This document shows positions 35,918 through 49,382 of a stretch of 51,832 bases of DNA, in pieces. Each line of letters starts with the position of its first letter. The first letter of the stretch is position 1. The notes beneath the pieces were generated by a model. It had not been told where the DNA came from and ran no database searches. It worked only from the letters and a program-made list of their open reading frames with translations. The translations under genes were made by a program, and so were the position numbers. The stretch is from Octopus bimaculoides (lineage: Eukaryota). Location of the stretch: positions 17,502,831 through 17,554,662 of the forward strand of contig NC_069002.1 in the NCBI RefSeq assembly GCF_001194135.2. The letters run 5' to 3'.

Positions 35918-37285
35918 GTATAAGTGACTGAGCACTCCACAGACACGTGTACTCTTAATGTAGTTCTCGGGGAGATTTAGTGTGATACAGAGTGTGACAA
36001 GGCTGGCCCTTTGAATTTCAGGTACAACTCATTTTTGTGAGGTGAGTGGACTCAAGCAATGAGAAATAAAGTGTCTTGCTTAAGGATGCAACATGCTGCC
36101 AGGAATCGAACTCATGACCTCACAATTGTGAGCTGAATACCTCTAGCCACTAAGCCAAGTGCCTTCACAGGCATTTACTTATATAATGTAAAAATACTTG
36201 GTCTAAATTTACTGAATCCCACTGAGTAAAATGGTCATTAAAAAAAATTGATATAATGACAGTATGCATGAGCACACACACACACACGCATAGAGTTGCA
36301 GGTATGGTTGTGTGGTTAGGAAGTTCGGTTTGTGACCAAATGATTTTGGGTTCAGTCTCACTGCACATCATAGACAAGTGTCTTCTAGTTGAGCTACAGG
36401 CTGACCAATGCCTTGTGAGTGTATTTGTTAAAATACATACATATGTACAATGAAGGCACATGGCTTCCTGGTTAGGGTATTCAGCTCACAGCCATAAGGT
36501 CATGAGCTCAATTCCCGGTGGCGCGTTGTGTCATTGAGCAAGACTCTTTATTTTATGTGGCTCCAGTCCATTCAGCTGGCAAAAATCAGTAGTACCTGTA
36601 TTTCAAAAGGCCAGCCTTGTCTCATTAAGTCTCCCTGAGAACTACGTTAAGAGTATGCATGTCTTTGGAGTGCTCAGCATTTGCACATTAATTTCCTGAG
36701 CAGGCTGTTCCATTGATAGGATCAAGTGGAACCCTCATCGTTGTAACTGATGAAGTGCCACTTAGTTACATACGTATATTGTGTGTGTTTATGTTTGTCC
36801 AGTGTCAGTTTGTTTACATGCCTGTAACTAAGCAAAAGTGATCAACAGAATAAGTATCAAGACTTAAAATAAGAACTGAGGTCAATTTGTTCAACTAATC
36901 ATACAAGGTAGGTACTCCAGCATGGCCAGTCAACAGTTGAAATAAAAGTGCATATATATATATATATATATAAAGACCCCCTTCGGTTATGCATCTAGAA
37001 AGTTCCACTCTGAGGCACAAGTCCAGGCAAGGTTGTTTATGGAAGACCAGCAGTTACCCATGCATACCAGCCTCCTCTCTCCACTCCACTGATGTTGTTT
37101 GAGGGAAAGGCTGATACAGCTTGGCACCTGTGACGTTGCAACTCATTTCTACAGATGAGTGAGCCGGAGCAATGTGAAATAAAGTGTCTTGCTCAAGAAC
37201 ACAACACACAACCCAGTCCAGGAATCAAATTCACTACCTCACAATTGTGAGTCAGACACTCTAACCACTATGCCATGTGCCTTTA
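35918..37285. mobile_element. Nested SINE cluster: family D (minus 35918-36168), family A split by family D (plus 36453-36760), family D variant (minus 36978-37285)
   Basis: tRNA-like head ggcacatggcttcctggttagggtattcagctcac...gagctcaattcccgg and tail ggaaccctcatcgttgtaactgatgaagtgcca. Confidence 0.75.
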
Positions 37286-37340
37286 CATATACATATATGC
37301 TAATTAGTTAAAAATGAAATACAGATAAAATGACACAAAC

Positions 37341-37488
37341 CTTTAAACTTGCTTGGTGGGATGAATCCAGTGCTGTTTACATCTAGTTTTTGGCAACTTT
37401 TCAAAATAGGTTTCCAATGCTGAAAAATTATATCTTTAATACTTTTTTCTGCAAGTTCTGCATTGACTAATGCGCCTTGAGGTGGTGA
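37341..37488 (-). CDS. EFCAB6: EFCAB6-like internal exon (148 nt)
   Basis: SPPQGALVNAELAEKSIKDIIFQHWKPILKSCQKLDVNSTGFIPPSKFK(D); EF-hand loop DVNSTGFI; AAG|GTTTGT donor in phase 1. The acceptor (atatatcag) is less certain. Confidence 0.8.
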
Positions 37489-40204
37489 CTGATATATTGG
37501 CAGGTGTGGTTTCTTGGGTTTGAGAAGTAAATAATAACACAAAACATTAGATATAAAACTGTTACATATAACAGATTAGAATACTATTTTCTTCTGAAGA
37601 TTTGGTATTCTAAGTTAATCATGTAGTTATCTATGTACCAATTACTACACAACATGCTTGTGAAACACGTTTAAAGATTATGTAATTTATGATGTGAGAA
37701 TAAAGAGTTTATCTCTTTTATTCTGCTCTTGGAGATATACATATAAATACTTAAAATATACATACACAAACATTTTTAAAAAAATTAGATTAACAGGTAG
37801 ACAAGATGAAGAAATTTTCATCATATTTTCCATCAGGCCTGTCCAAATCTGTTTTTTTTCTTAAAGTCTGAAGATGAAAAATTTTCATTTTTGTCAAATA
37901 TTATGACAGTATGAGAACTTTTTAACAAAAATATACATACATCTAATACGTCCAATATTAGAATATTGGTGATGGAGACCTCATCATTCACTAACTGCAT
38001 GCTGGCCAAATCTCTCTTCCAATGATAAATATAGAAACTGACTATTCAAATACTGGTACTGCTGTTAGTCAACAGGCTAGGAAAAAGCTGGATATTAATA
38101 TTGGAAGCTGTATTATTACCAAATCAACATGCAGTTAGGGAATGCCCGCTGTTGATGAGGTGCAAAACATGCTGAAATCATAAGAAACAGTAGGTCCACA
38201 ACGGTGCTGGATTTTTTGCCCGCTTCCGATATCTTTGTGCTTCTATGTACTAAATGTCTATATAAGAGATTTTAGGACAAAAACTGCAGTACAGTGCTCT
38301 TATAATATATCCACATTTAGTACAATACAGAGATGTGTATATGTGCGTGCGTGCATGTGTGCATGCATGCATGTATGTAATTATCATTTTAACATCTACT
38401 TTTCCATGTTTATATGGGTCAGACCAAGTTTACTGAAGTAGATTTTCTACAGCTTGGATGACCTTCCTGTGACCAACACTCACTTGTTTCCAAACAAGGT
38501 GATATTTATTTGTGGCCAGACATATTTCCACAGAATATTAGAAATGAATGAGACTACCTGTATGTTGTCTGATATGGACCTCTTTTATGACTGTCATGCA
38601 ATGTCAAAACAAGAGACACAACACACACAATACACGCACACACACAGATACACACACATACGTATATATATAAAACAGGCTTCCTACAGTTTCTTTTTAC
38701 CAAATCCACTCATGAGGTTTTGGTGTTGAACCAAAACTATGAAGTTGGGAAGCAAAGTTCTTAACCACATAGCTATGTCTGTGTCTATAGCCACACCTGC
38801 ATGTATACATATCATATATATGTGGGTGTATGTGTGCATGAATGTGCATGTATACATGCATAGATGTGAATGTGTATGTGTGTATATATGAATGTTTGCA
38901 TTCTGTGTTTCACACGAGAAAACACTGCACTATGGACAGTGATGTTTGCTGGCAATTTCTGGTCAACAGATTGTCTGCTAGCCTTGTGCTTTTGAAGACA
39001 AGCAGAACAAAATCTCCTTTCTTGAAAAACAGAAGGGTTAGCAACAGGAAAGGCAACCAGCTGTAAAGTAATGCCTCAGTAATATAAGTGTTTATCTAAC
39101 TCTATGCCACATTGGAAAAATGGATGTAAAACAAACAGAAAAAAACATCAGTAAGTCAAAACAGAATGTCAATCATTACTCAACCGACTAAAAATAGCAA
39201 CCAAATCTTCATTAATTCAAACTCTATCATCTTTAAAATATAGGAATGATACATGAAATAATGGAGTCCAACATTTAATGTCTAGAAATATAAAAAAAAA
39301 CTCAGAAAAGTGGGATAGTCACAACTGTCTTTGAACATAGATTCCATCATTCAGGGCTTAATCCTCACCCTAATCCAGGATTGTTTAACCTGCTAAATCA
39401 CTATCAATTTACGCTATAATCATCTGAAAAAGATAGGTACAATATATTGTATTTTTATGTCTACAAATAACAAGTAGGGATGGTCAAACTGAACGTCTTT
39501 AATCATAGGTCACCTTAATCAAAGCCACCTTGGGATCTTATCCATAATGACGATAACCTTTCAAATTCCAAATACAGTCCATCCAATGAACTTCCATACA
39601 ACCTCTGGTCAAACAGTTTCACTTCAGAAGGCTTGGGCTGATTTCTGAGGCAATGTAGAAAACACTTGTAGAAGATGACATGCAATGGTAAAGATTGAAC
39701 TCGGATCCTCATGATTACATATGATATCAATCACAATTAACACATTGTGATGATCCAACTTGTGACATCAATTAACCACAATCAACAGGGTGTCCTAAAA
39801 TTAACTATCTATTTCAGTGGAATTGGATAATTTTTTTTAAAAATTCATTTTTATTTATGTTTATCATGTTTAGTATGTGTTAAAAGTGTATAAATAAAAA
39901 AAAAATTGTTTATAATTTTATAATTAAAAAAATTTTTTTAAAGGATTTTATTTTCATTCCTGATGGATCCTGCTTATCTGTCCATGACACTTTTTTTTTT
40001 TACAATTTAGCAGCAATCATTTTCTCAACCTCCATCCCAAGGATGGAGCAATAGTTCAGCTGAACTTAAAGAACACATTCAGTTAGCAGTGTAGGAGATA
40101 ACTTCTGAAATGGTTCAAAGTGTGTATCACAATGCTAAGGACAGATTTGAAATTTGCAGAGCTACAGATGGAGCACATGCTGAAAATTTTTAATAAAGTT
40201 TTGA

Positions 40205-41056
40205 CATAGGTGTAGACATGGCTGTATGGTAAGCTTGCTTCCCAACAACATGGTTCCAGGTTCAGTCCCACTGCACCCTGAGCAAGTGTCTTCTACTACA
40301 ACCTCTGGCCAACCAAAGCCTCAAGTGGATTAGGTAAATGGAAATTGAAAGAAGCCTGTTGTATATATATATGTGTGTGTGTGTGTCTTTGTGTTTATGT
40401 TTGTCCCACCATCATTACTTAACTGTTGGTGTTGGTGTGTTTACGTCCTTGTAACTTAGCAGTTTGGCCAAAGATACTGATAGAATAAGTACCAGGCTTA
40501 AAAAAAGTCCTAGGGTTGGTTTGTTTGACTGAAACACTTCAAGGTGGTACTCCAGCATGGCCACAGTCAAATGACTGAAACAATTAAAAGAATAAGATTT
40601 ATAAGTCTGTTTCTTATGGTAACATAATTAAGTAATAATTCTTTTATTGTTTTACTTGTTTCAGTCATTTGACCGTGACTGTGCTGAATCACCACCTTGA
40701 AGTGTTTCAGTCAAACAAATTGACTCCAAGACATTTTTTTTTAAAGCCTAGCACTTATTCTATCAGTCTCTTTTGCCAAACCACTAGGTTACAGGGATGT
40801 AAACACACCAATACTGGTTGTCAAGTGATGATGAGGAGGGGAACAAACACAGATATAAAGACACACACATAGATATATACATACAAATATATATATGACG
40901 ATCATCTTTCAGTTTCTGTATACCAAATCCGCTCACAAGGCTTTGGTCAGCATGAGGATATCGTGGAAGACTCTTGCCCAAGGTGCCACACAATAGGACG
41001 GAACCCGGAAGCACGTGGTTGGGAAGCTTCTTACCATACAGCCATGTCTGTGCCTA
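40205..41056. mobile_element. Two near full-length SINE family A copies, tail to tail (plus 40205-40600, minus 40643-41056)
   Basis: Head, microsatellite and tail are visible in both. Confidence 0.8.
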
Positions 41057-42240
41057 TAAAATAAACAAAATTCTGTCATTTAAAAAAAAAGTTGCCCAAT
41101 TTCATTGAATTAGATAATTAATTCTGGGACACCCTATACTAGCTTATGATAAAAATTTCTTGAGATAAAACTATTTATAACAAAGTATGGTGTGATACAC
41201 CTACTTATGACATCAATTTAGAGTGACAAACATATTTATAGCAATAATAACAACCATAAATTATGACTATATAAAAACAAATACATCTCCTTTGAAATTA
41301 CTGTGACACAGAAATATAATTTGTTTCATCATAGTACAGCTCTAATCTTTCTCTCTCTAACCATGTTTTTATAGTACAGCTCTATAGTCTGCTTATCTCT
41401 AACTGTCTATTCCTAATATAATTACATCTCAACAACCTCTTTCTCTGTAGCTTACTCTCTATACTACACCTCTGTATTCTCTCTATTGCCAATTTTTTAT
41501 TATTAACTACGTCTATACAGTCTCTCTGTCTCAAACTTTCTCTCTATAAACATTATTATTCATTCATTGATCAGCAAAGCTGCTTGCTCTACAGCCACAA
41601 AGAATTGGAATGGATTGTCAGTCTATAATAGTTAAGCACCAAACTAAGTGCTTCACCAAATATAGTTATATTACTTTATACTCTGAGCATCTTTGCCTTT
41701 CATCTTTCCTGGAGAGACTGGAATCTAATAAATACTAATAATAACACTAGCAGAGAAAAGAAGGAATTGGAGGGGGAGAAAATTCAACCAACTGTGCCCT
41801 AGCAACAAAGATAGACTTTGCATACAGAATATTGTGAGATCTTCCTCTACACATTTGAAACCAGTCCCAAAACCCATCAACCTCACCCCCCCACACTATG
41901 AGCTACCCAATTTATTACAGCAAATTTGTGCTTAATGATGCTGTCTCTCATTCATACTGCTTATTTAATATTAATTGATCCCAAACCATCTATTTTTATT
42001 TATTTTTTCAGTACTGATCATTCATCTTTCTTTCAGACCATTCCTATATACACACAATCAATTCTGCTTAATTGCTTAGCCTCAGAGTTTGAAATTCTTA
42101 TCTAATTAATTGAATATGTCAACAATAATTTATGAGTTTGTAGTATTGTGGGTATGTCACACACGTTATATAATAATGCAAAAATAAGCAAGGTTGTTTT
42201 TTGTAATTACAATATATTTTGTGGGTGGTGTTTTGGAATA

Positions 42241-42434
42241 GCTCTTACTACCTCATTGGAAGGAAAGGAGCAAGGAATTAGGGGACAAAAATGTAAAAAA
42301 AAAAACTTAAATTTTGGGAGAAAATTTTTTTTCAAATCATAATTCCTATTGTATGAAAACAAAGGAATATAAAATAGGAACCCCACAATCATCTAATTCC
42401 TGGCCCTTTTCCTTCCCCATAAGGCAGTGATAGC
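42241..42434. mobile_element. MITE-like element with ~45-bp imperfect TIRs and TA flanks
   Basis: gctcttactacctcattggaaggaaaggagcaaggaattag versus the reverse complement of ctaattcctggccctttccttccccataaggcagtgatagc. Confidence 0.6.
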
Positions 42435-43564
42435 TATTGTAAAACTCTGCTCAATTCAGGGTGCTTTGCTTCACTGATACTAGAAGAAAGAAAAGTAAAA
42501 CTGAACTTGGCAGGATTTGAAATCTTAATCACATGACACAAAACTGAGAGAATAAAGTGTCACAATCCCACAAGAAGAAACACAATCAATTAGCAATGTA
42601 CTCTGAGTTTTCAGGCCATAGCATAAGATCATATGTGCATTATGGTACAACCATGTATTGTATAAACAACTCAAAGTAACAGGTGACACGTGCAAACCAA
42701 TATTTGTTCACGAATGATTTTCAAATAGCTGACATTTTTTCAGTTTATGATCACAAATTGAAAGTGGAAAATTATAGATGGCACTCAGCATTGAAATTTT
42801 AAGAAAATAAAATTAGAATTTTGGAAAAAAAAAATTTTCAGAGTTGTAAAAATTTTTGAAAAAGTCAACAGATTTTAGAATGGTTATCAGTCCCTCATGG
42901 GGAAGGAAAAGAACACAGAATTGGTGAGCAAAACTTTGAAAAAAACTGAAATTTTGAAAACAAAAAAGAATTCAGAATTGAAAATAATTTTTTAAAAAGT
43001 TATGTATATATTGGAACAGTTATCACAGCTGAAGTGGCAATAAACATTACTTCTCAGTATAGTTACTGCTTTCATCTCTTAGATATTTTTTAACTAGTTT
43101 ATCACAATTTAATTGAGAGAAAGAAGGGCACAGTGTTAAGGAGCAAAAATTTTAAAAAAACGGAAATTTTCAACAAAAAAAACTTTTTCTCTTCATAACT
43201 GTAAAAAATAGGCGGTGCTCCAGCATGGCTGCAGTCAAATGACTGAAACAAGTAAAAGAGTCGAGGAGGTTTTGCTATCACTACTTTATGAGGAAGGAAA
43301 AGGGCATCTGTGCTCTTGGGGACAAAAATGTAAAAACCTGAAATTTTTGGACAAAAAATTTTTGATAGACATTCATTAGCATTGTCTGATTTATAACCTG
43401 AAAGGTATTTCAACCCCCACCAAGATATTCTTCACTTTCCCCACACACTTTTAATTACTCAATGATAACATTTAAAATCATGCAGATATGGAAAAATTTG
43501 TGTCATTCACAGGTTAAAGGGAAAAAACCCACCTTGCATCCATTTATGGCTTCATTCAAAACCA

Positions 43565-44800
43565 CCATCATCATCGTTTGACGTCCGCTTTCCATGCTAG
43601 CATGGGTTGGACGATTTGACAGAGGACTGGTGAACCAGATGGCTACACCAGGCTCCAATCTGATTTGACAGAGTTTCTACAGCTGGATGCCCTTCCTAAT
43701 GCCAACTACTCAGAGAGTGTAGTGGGTGCTTTTACGTGTCACCCGCACAAAGGCCAGTCAGGCAGTACTGGCAATGGCCACGCTCAAAATGGTGTATTTT
43801 ACGTGATACCTGCACAGGAGCCACTCTGGCGGCACTGGCAACAATGTTGCTCGAATGTCTTTACACGTGCCACTAGCACAAGTGCCAGGAAGGCGACGCT
43901 GGGCACAGGTGCCATCACGATTTCGCTTTCACTTGCCCCAACAGGTCTTTGCAAGCCGAGTTTCGTGTCCAATGAAAGAGACGACGTTGGCATGGGTGCC
44001 AGTCGTCGAATTTAGTTCATCATTTTATAATTTTCATCTTCAATGAATATTTATTTATTAAAGAATTTTATTACACAATTAAAAACAAAGTGAAAATATA
44101 CTGGAATCTGAACTTCAGTAGTTTTGAATTCATTGAAGTGGAACGAAAAACTTGCAAACTTGTGACTCTTGAAGCTAGTTCTTTGTAAAAACATAAAGAA
44201 CTGACTGCTGTTGTTTTAAGTCATGAACAGAGAAGCTTCCAAAATGTATTTATTCAATATCAAATCAAAGAAATATCTGATTTTATGCTGTCTTTTATAA
44301 AAATCAGAAGAAACCTTATGAAATTAGCCAAAACTGACTGAATCATTTTTACACAAATTTGACACTAAATGGTTTGGATGTTTTGAAAAATAATGTAATT
44401 TTAGCTATAAAATGGTTGCATGAATTGTGGTTTAAGGTCTGATATATTATGTAATAGATATTAAATAACAAATTCAAAGACAAGTTGAAACTACCACATG
44501 GAAATCATCATCATCAGCATCATCGTTTAACGTCCGTTTTCTATCCTGGCATGGGTTGGACAGTTTGATTGGGGACTTGGCAAGCCAGGAGGCCACACCA
44601 GGCTCCAATCTGATCTGGCAATGTTTCTACAGCTGAATACCCTTCCTAACGCCAACCACTCCGAGAGTGTAGTGGGTACTTTTTATGTGCCACAGGCATA
44701 GGAGCCAGTCAGGCGGCACTGGCATCAACCCATGCATGAATGGTGCTTATTGCATGCCACCTGCATGGGAGCCAGTCAGGCGGCACTGGCATCGGCCACA
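43565..44800 (-). mobile_element. Two SINE family C copies (43565-44015, 44505-44800) with internal tandem subrepeats
   Basis: catcatcgttt(g/a)acgtccg...ggagccagtcaggcggcactggc units. Confidence 0.8.
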
Positions 44801-45084
44801 ACTACAATTTCCATTTGATTATGATTTGATTTTTGATTTTGATTTTACCTGTATGCTATGTTTATTTTAACTTTTTATAATAATTCCAAAAAATCAAGAA
44901 TATTTTATAAAAATATCAAATTTATAGGTACAGTTAACCTCAGCAGGATTTGAACTCAGAACATAAAGGAATGAAACTAAACATCAAATATCTTTTCCAA
45001 TACTTTAATGATTCAGCCAATCTGCTATCTAAAAACAAACAAAGGGTATTTAAGTTATCATCTAAGAATAAACAGATCACTTAC

Positions 45085-45141
45085 GTCTCTTTGTGCCCCT
45101 GCTGGACGTGGTTCTTTTCTAAAGTATCTTGTGGAACCAAG
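45085..45141 (-). CDS. Probable 57-nt exon of the EFCAB6-like gene (LGSTRYFRKEPRPAGAQRD)
   Basis: gtctgttttggcttacag acceptor and GAC|GTAAGT donor; symmetric phase 0, compatible with the 37488 acceptor. No homology recognised. Confidence 0.55.
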
Positions 45142-45526
45142 CTGTAAGCCAAAACAGACATTTAGATATTTAGTGGCTATTTAAGCAATGAGTTTGTGAA
45201 TGCCTAATAGGCTGGGTGTGGTGTTGATGAAGAACTCCTGAAATATGGCATATACACGCATTACCCATTTTTCCATCTTCGACCGCATCATTGTTTGCAT
45301 TAGGCGTATTTGGATATGGAAAGTTGTAACAAATCAGTGCTGGCTATAGGATACAGTATTGACTTATAAAGCATTTAATATGCTTTGTAGTATATTATGG
45401 TTGCATATCGTAATATGGTGTCCCAACAAGTCATTAATATTTACGTACCAGCTGCCAGGAATGTGTTTAATATGTAAAATAGGTATATCCAGTAATGCTA
45501 CACCACTATATTTAGGGGTTATTTAA

Positions 45527-45744
45527 CCCTTTAACATTCACATTATTCTGTCAAAAGTAAGGCTTATTTATTCACATTATTTTAAATGAATCATGCATTA
45601 TCTTTTAGCTTTGAGATTTTAAGGAGGTAACTTAGTTTTTAGAATGATATTGTAGGGTTGGTGCAAGAGGTGAGATTTGGCCAGTTTGAACATAAAACAG
45701 ACGAAATGTTTTGGCCGGGTATGGCTAGTTTAAATGCTAAAGGG
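45527..45744. mobile_element. piggyBac-type MITE (218 bp)
   Basis: TTAA at 45523-45526 and 45745-45748; termini ccctttaacatt / aatgctaaaggg. Confidence 0.85.
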
Positions 45745-46009
45745 TTAAGCAATGAGTTTATGGATAGTTAAATGGGTTGGATGCAGTGCTGATGAAGAAG
45801 CAAGAACTTCTGAATTATGGCACATACACCTCTTACCTATTTTTCCATCTTCAATCGCATTGTTGCTTACATTAGGTATATTTGAATATGAAACATCGTA
45901 ACAAATCAGTGATGGCTATAGTTTCTACAGATAATCTGTAAAGATAGCTTTAACAAGTGATTTAATAACACAGTAGGATACAATATTGACTTATAAAGTG
46001 TTTAATACA

Positions 46010-48336
46010 CAATAGAACCTCACAGTATGACTGCACCATTGTACAAGTAATTTGCTGCACAAGCTGAGGCACGTGCAAATTTTTGTCTTGAAGTACAAGT
46101 GGAAATCCGCAGTATAAGCGAGTTTCATACAAGTGACTGCTAGTTGGTGCTGAGCTCACACATGCTCTACCTACAAGCACAGTCTCCGCTCACTCAGTTT
46201 ATGTATTTATCTGATTGTTGCAGCATCCCCATTGTATTTTTCCCAGTGTTCTTTTTGTTTAGTTTTGTGCATTTTTTGCTATTATTTTATAATAATCAGT
46301 TGCGTTAGCCATGGGTCCTAAGCAGGTTAGTGCAAAGGACAGTGCTGAGAAGAAGAAAAAGCTGATTATGATAGAATTGAAGAAGGAAATCATTGATAAA
46401 TGAGAGAGGAGTGTGTGAAGTGGACATAGCATGTCAACGATCTGCAGCATCCTGAAGAAAAAGGATGAGATCAAGGCTGTTACAACAGCAAAGGTTGTCC
46501 CCTGGCTCTCTAAGCAATGCACATCTGTTCATGAATGGATGGAAAAATTGCTTCTCCTGTGAATCAACAAGAAGCAACTCACATGGGATATGATTATTGA
46601 GACCATTATCTATGAGAAAGCACAAGCATTGTATGGGAATCTCCTGAAGCAGAACCTTGGAACATCGATGGAGGAGACATCAGCAGATGCATTTAAGGCC
46701 AGTCACGGCTGGTTTGATAGTTTCAAGAAGAGGACTGGTGTTCATAGCGTTGTCAGGTATGGAGAAGTAGCAAGTTCTGACACAGAGGCAGCTGAAGATT
46801 TCGTGTGTGAATTCCTTCAGCTCATCACAACTGAGGGGTACATTGCACAACAGTTATTCGACTGTGATGAAGCTGTCCTTTTTTTGAATGAATATGCCCA
46901 GAAGAACCTACATAACTGCAGAGGAGAAGAAAATTCCAGGCCACAAGCCTATGAAAGATAGGCTAACTTTCACCCTTTGTGCCAATGCAAGTGAAAATTA
47001 AGCCGCTCCTTGTCTACCATTCTGAAAACCCACTAGCGTTCAAGTTGCAAAAAATCCTGAAGGAAAAGCTGCAAGTCATGTAGAGGGCAGTCATTAAAGC
47101 TTGGATCACCAGGCAATTCTTCTCTGAGTGGGTCAACCTTGTCTTCAGACTAGCAGTGAAAAAGTACTTTCTGGAGAACAGTCTTCCTCTCAAGGCACTC
47201 TTAACCTCGAAGATGATATCCAGGACGAATTTGAATTCATAAAAGTTCAATACCTTTCACACAATACCACCCCTATCTTGCAGCCCATGAACCAATAAGT
47301 GATTTCTAATTTTAAGAAATTGTACAACAAACACCTGTTTCGTCGGAGCTTTGAAGTCACCGAAAATACAAATCTAACCCTTTGTGAGTTTTAGAAGGAG
47401 CACTACTTCATTGTAAACTATTTGAAAATCATTGATATGGCCTGGCAGGGTGTAACAAGGAGAATGCTGAATTCTGCATCAAGGAAACTGTGACCTGACT
47501 TTGTATCCGAAAGAGAATTTGAGGGAATTGAGTCTGAGACACCTGTAGTTAAGGAGATAGTGTTTCTTGGCAGGTCCATGGGCCTTGAGGCTGATGATGA
47601 GGACATTAACGATCTGGTTGAGGAACACTCAGAGGAGCTGACAACAGAGAACTGCTCCTGCAGCTTCAGGAGCAGCAGCATTTGAATGCAGTGGAAGAAA
47701 TTGGTCTCCTGGAGGAGGACAGTGTAGTGGAGAAGGCTAGAGTGACATAGAGGTAGCGATGGAAAAGTATGTTTCTGAATTTGTAGAAAAATATTATCCT
47801 GAAAAAGTATCTACAGGTCGTGCAGTTGCTTTATTTAATGACATTGTTCTGGCGCATTTTCGTAACATTTTGAAAAAGCAGACTTCTCTTGATATGTTTC
47901 TATTGCAAGTGTAAAATGTGAAGAAAGTGTGTCCAAAAAGTCTAAATTAAGTGAAGTGAGAGAGAAGATGCCAGAAATTGTTCTTCCTGAAATCTTAATG
48001 GAAGGCGATTCTCCTTCCAAACAGTAATCCTCCTCCTCCCTGTTCTATCATCTTCTTCACACACAAATTGTCCCATCTTTAAGGTAATTCAGTTAATAAA
48101 ACCAGTTTACATATTTCTTTTGCTTTCTCTTTTTTGTAATTGTCATTTTACTTGTAACTACAACTTTTCTGTTTTAAAATCCATAAAAATATTATTTTGG
48201 GGTAGTCTTTGCAGGCTGGAATGGATTAATTATATTTTTGTTAATTTCAATGGGGAAAATTGATTTGTAAAATGAGTAAATTGTAAAACGAGCTCAGTCA
48301 TGGAAAGAATTAAACTTGTACTGCGAGGTATCACTG
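46010..48336 (+). mobile_element. Full-length decayed Tigger/pogo (TIGD1-like) DNA transposon
   Basis: TIRs caatagaacctcacagta / tactgcgaggtatcactg + TA; MGPKQVSAKDSAEKKKK start near 46311; CENP-B-type FKASHGWFDSFKKRTG; FDCDEAVLF; many stops and frameshifts. Confidence 0.9.
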
Positions 48337-48536
48337 TACTTGGTAGTATATTATGGTTGCATAACAAAATACAGTGTCCTTACAAGTCATTAATATTTAG
48401 ACAGAAATCTGAATCTAAAGCCTTTTGATGCCAATCCACCTCTTGTTCCTACAAAATGCAATTTGTTGTTTGAAAATGATCTAAAATATAGCTTTCTATC
48501 AAAATTTAATTTTTATTTATATTCCAAAATATTAAT

Positions 48537-48825
48537 CATCATTATCATCGTTTAACGTCCGCTTTCCATGCTGGCATAGGCTGGACAATTTGACTGAGGA
48601 CTGGCGAGCTAGATGGCTGCACCAGGCTCCAATCTGATCTGGCAGAGTTTCTACAGCTGGATGCCCTTCCTAACGCCAACCACTCCGAGAGTGTAGTGGG
48701 TACTTTTACGTGCCACCGGCACGAGGGCCAGTCAGGTGGTACTGGCAACGGCCACACTCAAATGGTGTTTTTCACGTGCCACCTGCACAGGAGCCAGTCC
48801 AGCGGCACTGGCAATGACCTCGCTC
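48537..48825 (-). mobile_element. SINE family C, well preserved
   Basis: atcatcgtttaacgtccgctttccatgctggc...ggatgcccttcctaacgccaaccactccgagagtgtagtggg. Confidence 0.85.
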
Positions 48826-49235
48826 AAATTTTTTTTTGTTTTTTGACAGTTATTTTAATATTTTATTCTTTGCAAACTTAAATGAAAGAAAGGCAGTATG
48901 TTTGAACAGAAATATGTTAAAAAAGAGTTAAATAAATCTAAAATAATTTGTACTCCTAGCTTTGGTTAATCCTTAAGCTATAAATTGGTTCCCTGCAAGA
49001 TTTCATGTTAACTTATTGTTCCAATACCAAGTTAATAATGATGAAATTATTTCAATAAATTCAATTAACTTCAAAAATAAAAAAGCAGAATATTACTATT
49101 TTGTGGTGGTGGTTGTAGTGATGATGACACCAGTGATGATGATCTGTAGCAGCAGCAGCAGTAGTAGCTGCAGTGACTATCAATTGAACAATGAATTCAA
49201 ATATATCAAAATATCAGGATTTACTTTTTACCTAC

Positions 49236-49382
49236 CTCAAAAGGTTTGTCTTTTAGTATTAGTTCCTTTGCATTTCTACAGAAACTTGGCCCTGATGGTT
49301 TCCATGGTTCTGGGACATAGTTGATATTCACAGTATTGAAAGACCTGCCAACTATAGATTGGCTTCTTGCAGCAGGGCAATA
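49236..49382 (-). CDS. Probable 147-nt exon of the EFCAB6-like gene
   Basis: attttcttaaccag acceptor and GAG|GTAGGT donor; open phase 0-0 YCPAARSQSIVGRSF...LILKDKPFE. No homology recognised. Confidence 0.5.

Larger units (their letters stand above)
45164..48400 (+). repeat. Old tandem duplication of a ~340-bp unit; copy 2 is interrupted by two transposons
   Basis: Copy 1 at ~45164-45505; copy 2 pieces at ~45506-45526, 45745-46009 and 48337-48400. Confidence 0.8.

Noticed and set aside
39515-39730. 71-aa minus-strand ORF as an EFCAB6 exon
   Set aside because: No EF-hand similarity and no convincing splice sites; flanking exons already join in phase.
41330-41560. Structured repeat
   Set aside because: Degenerate CT/TA low-complexity sequence with only a 14-bp duplication.
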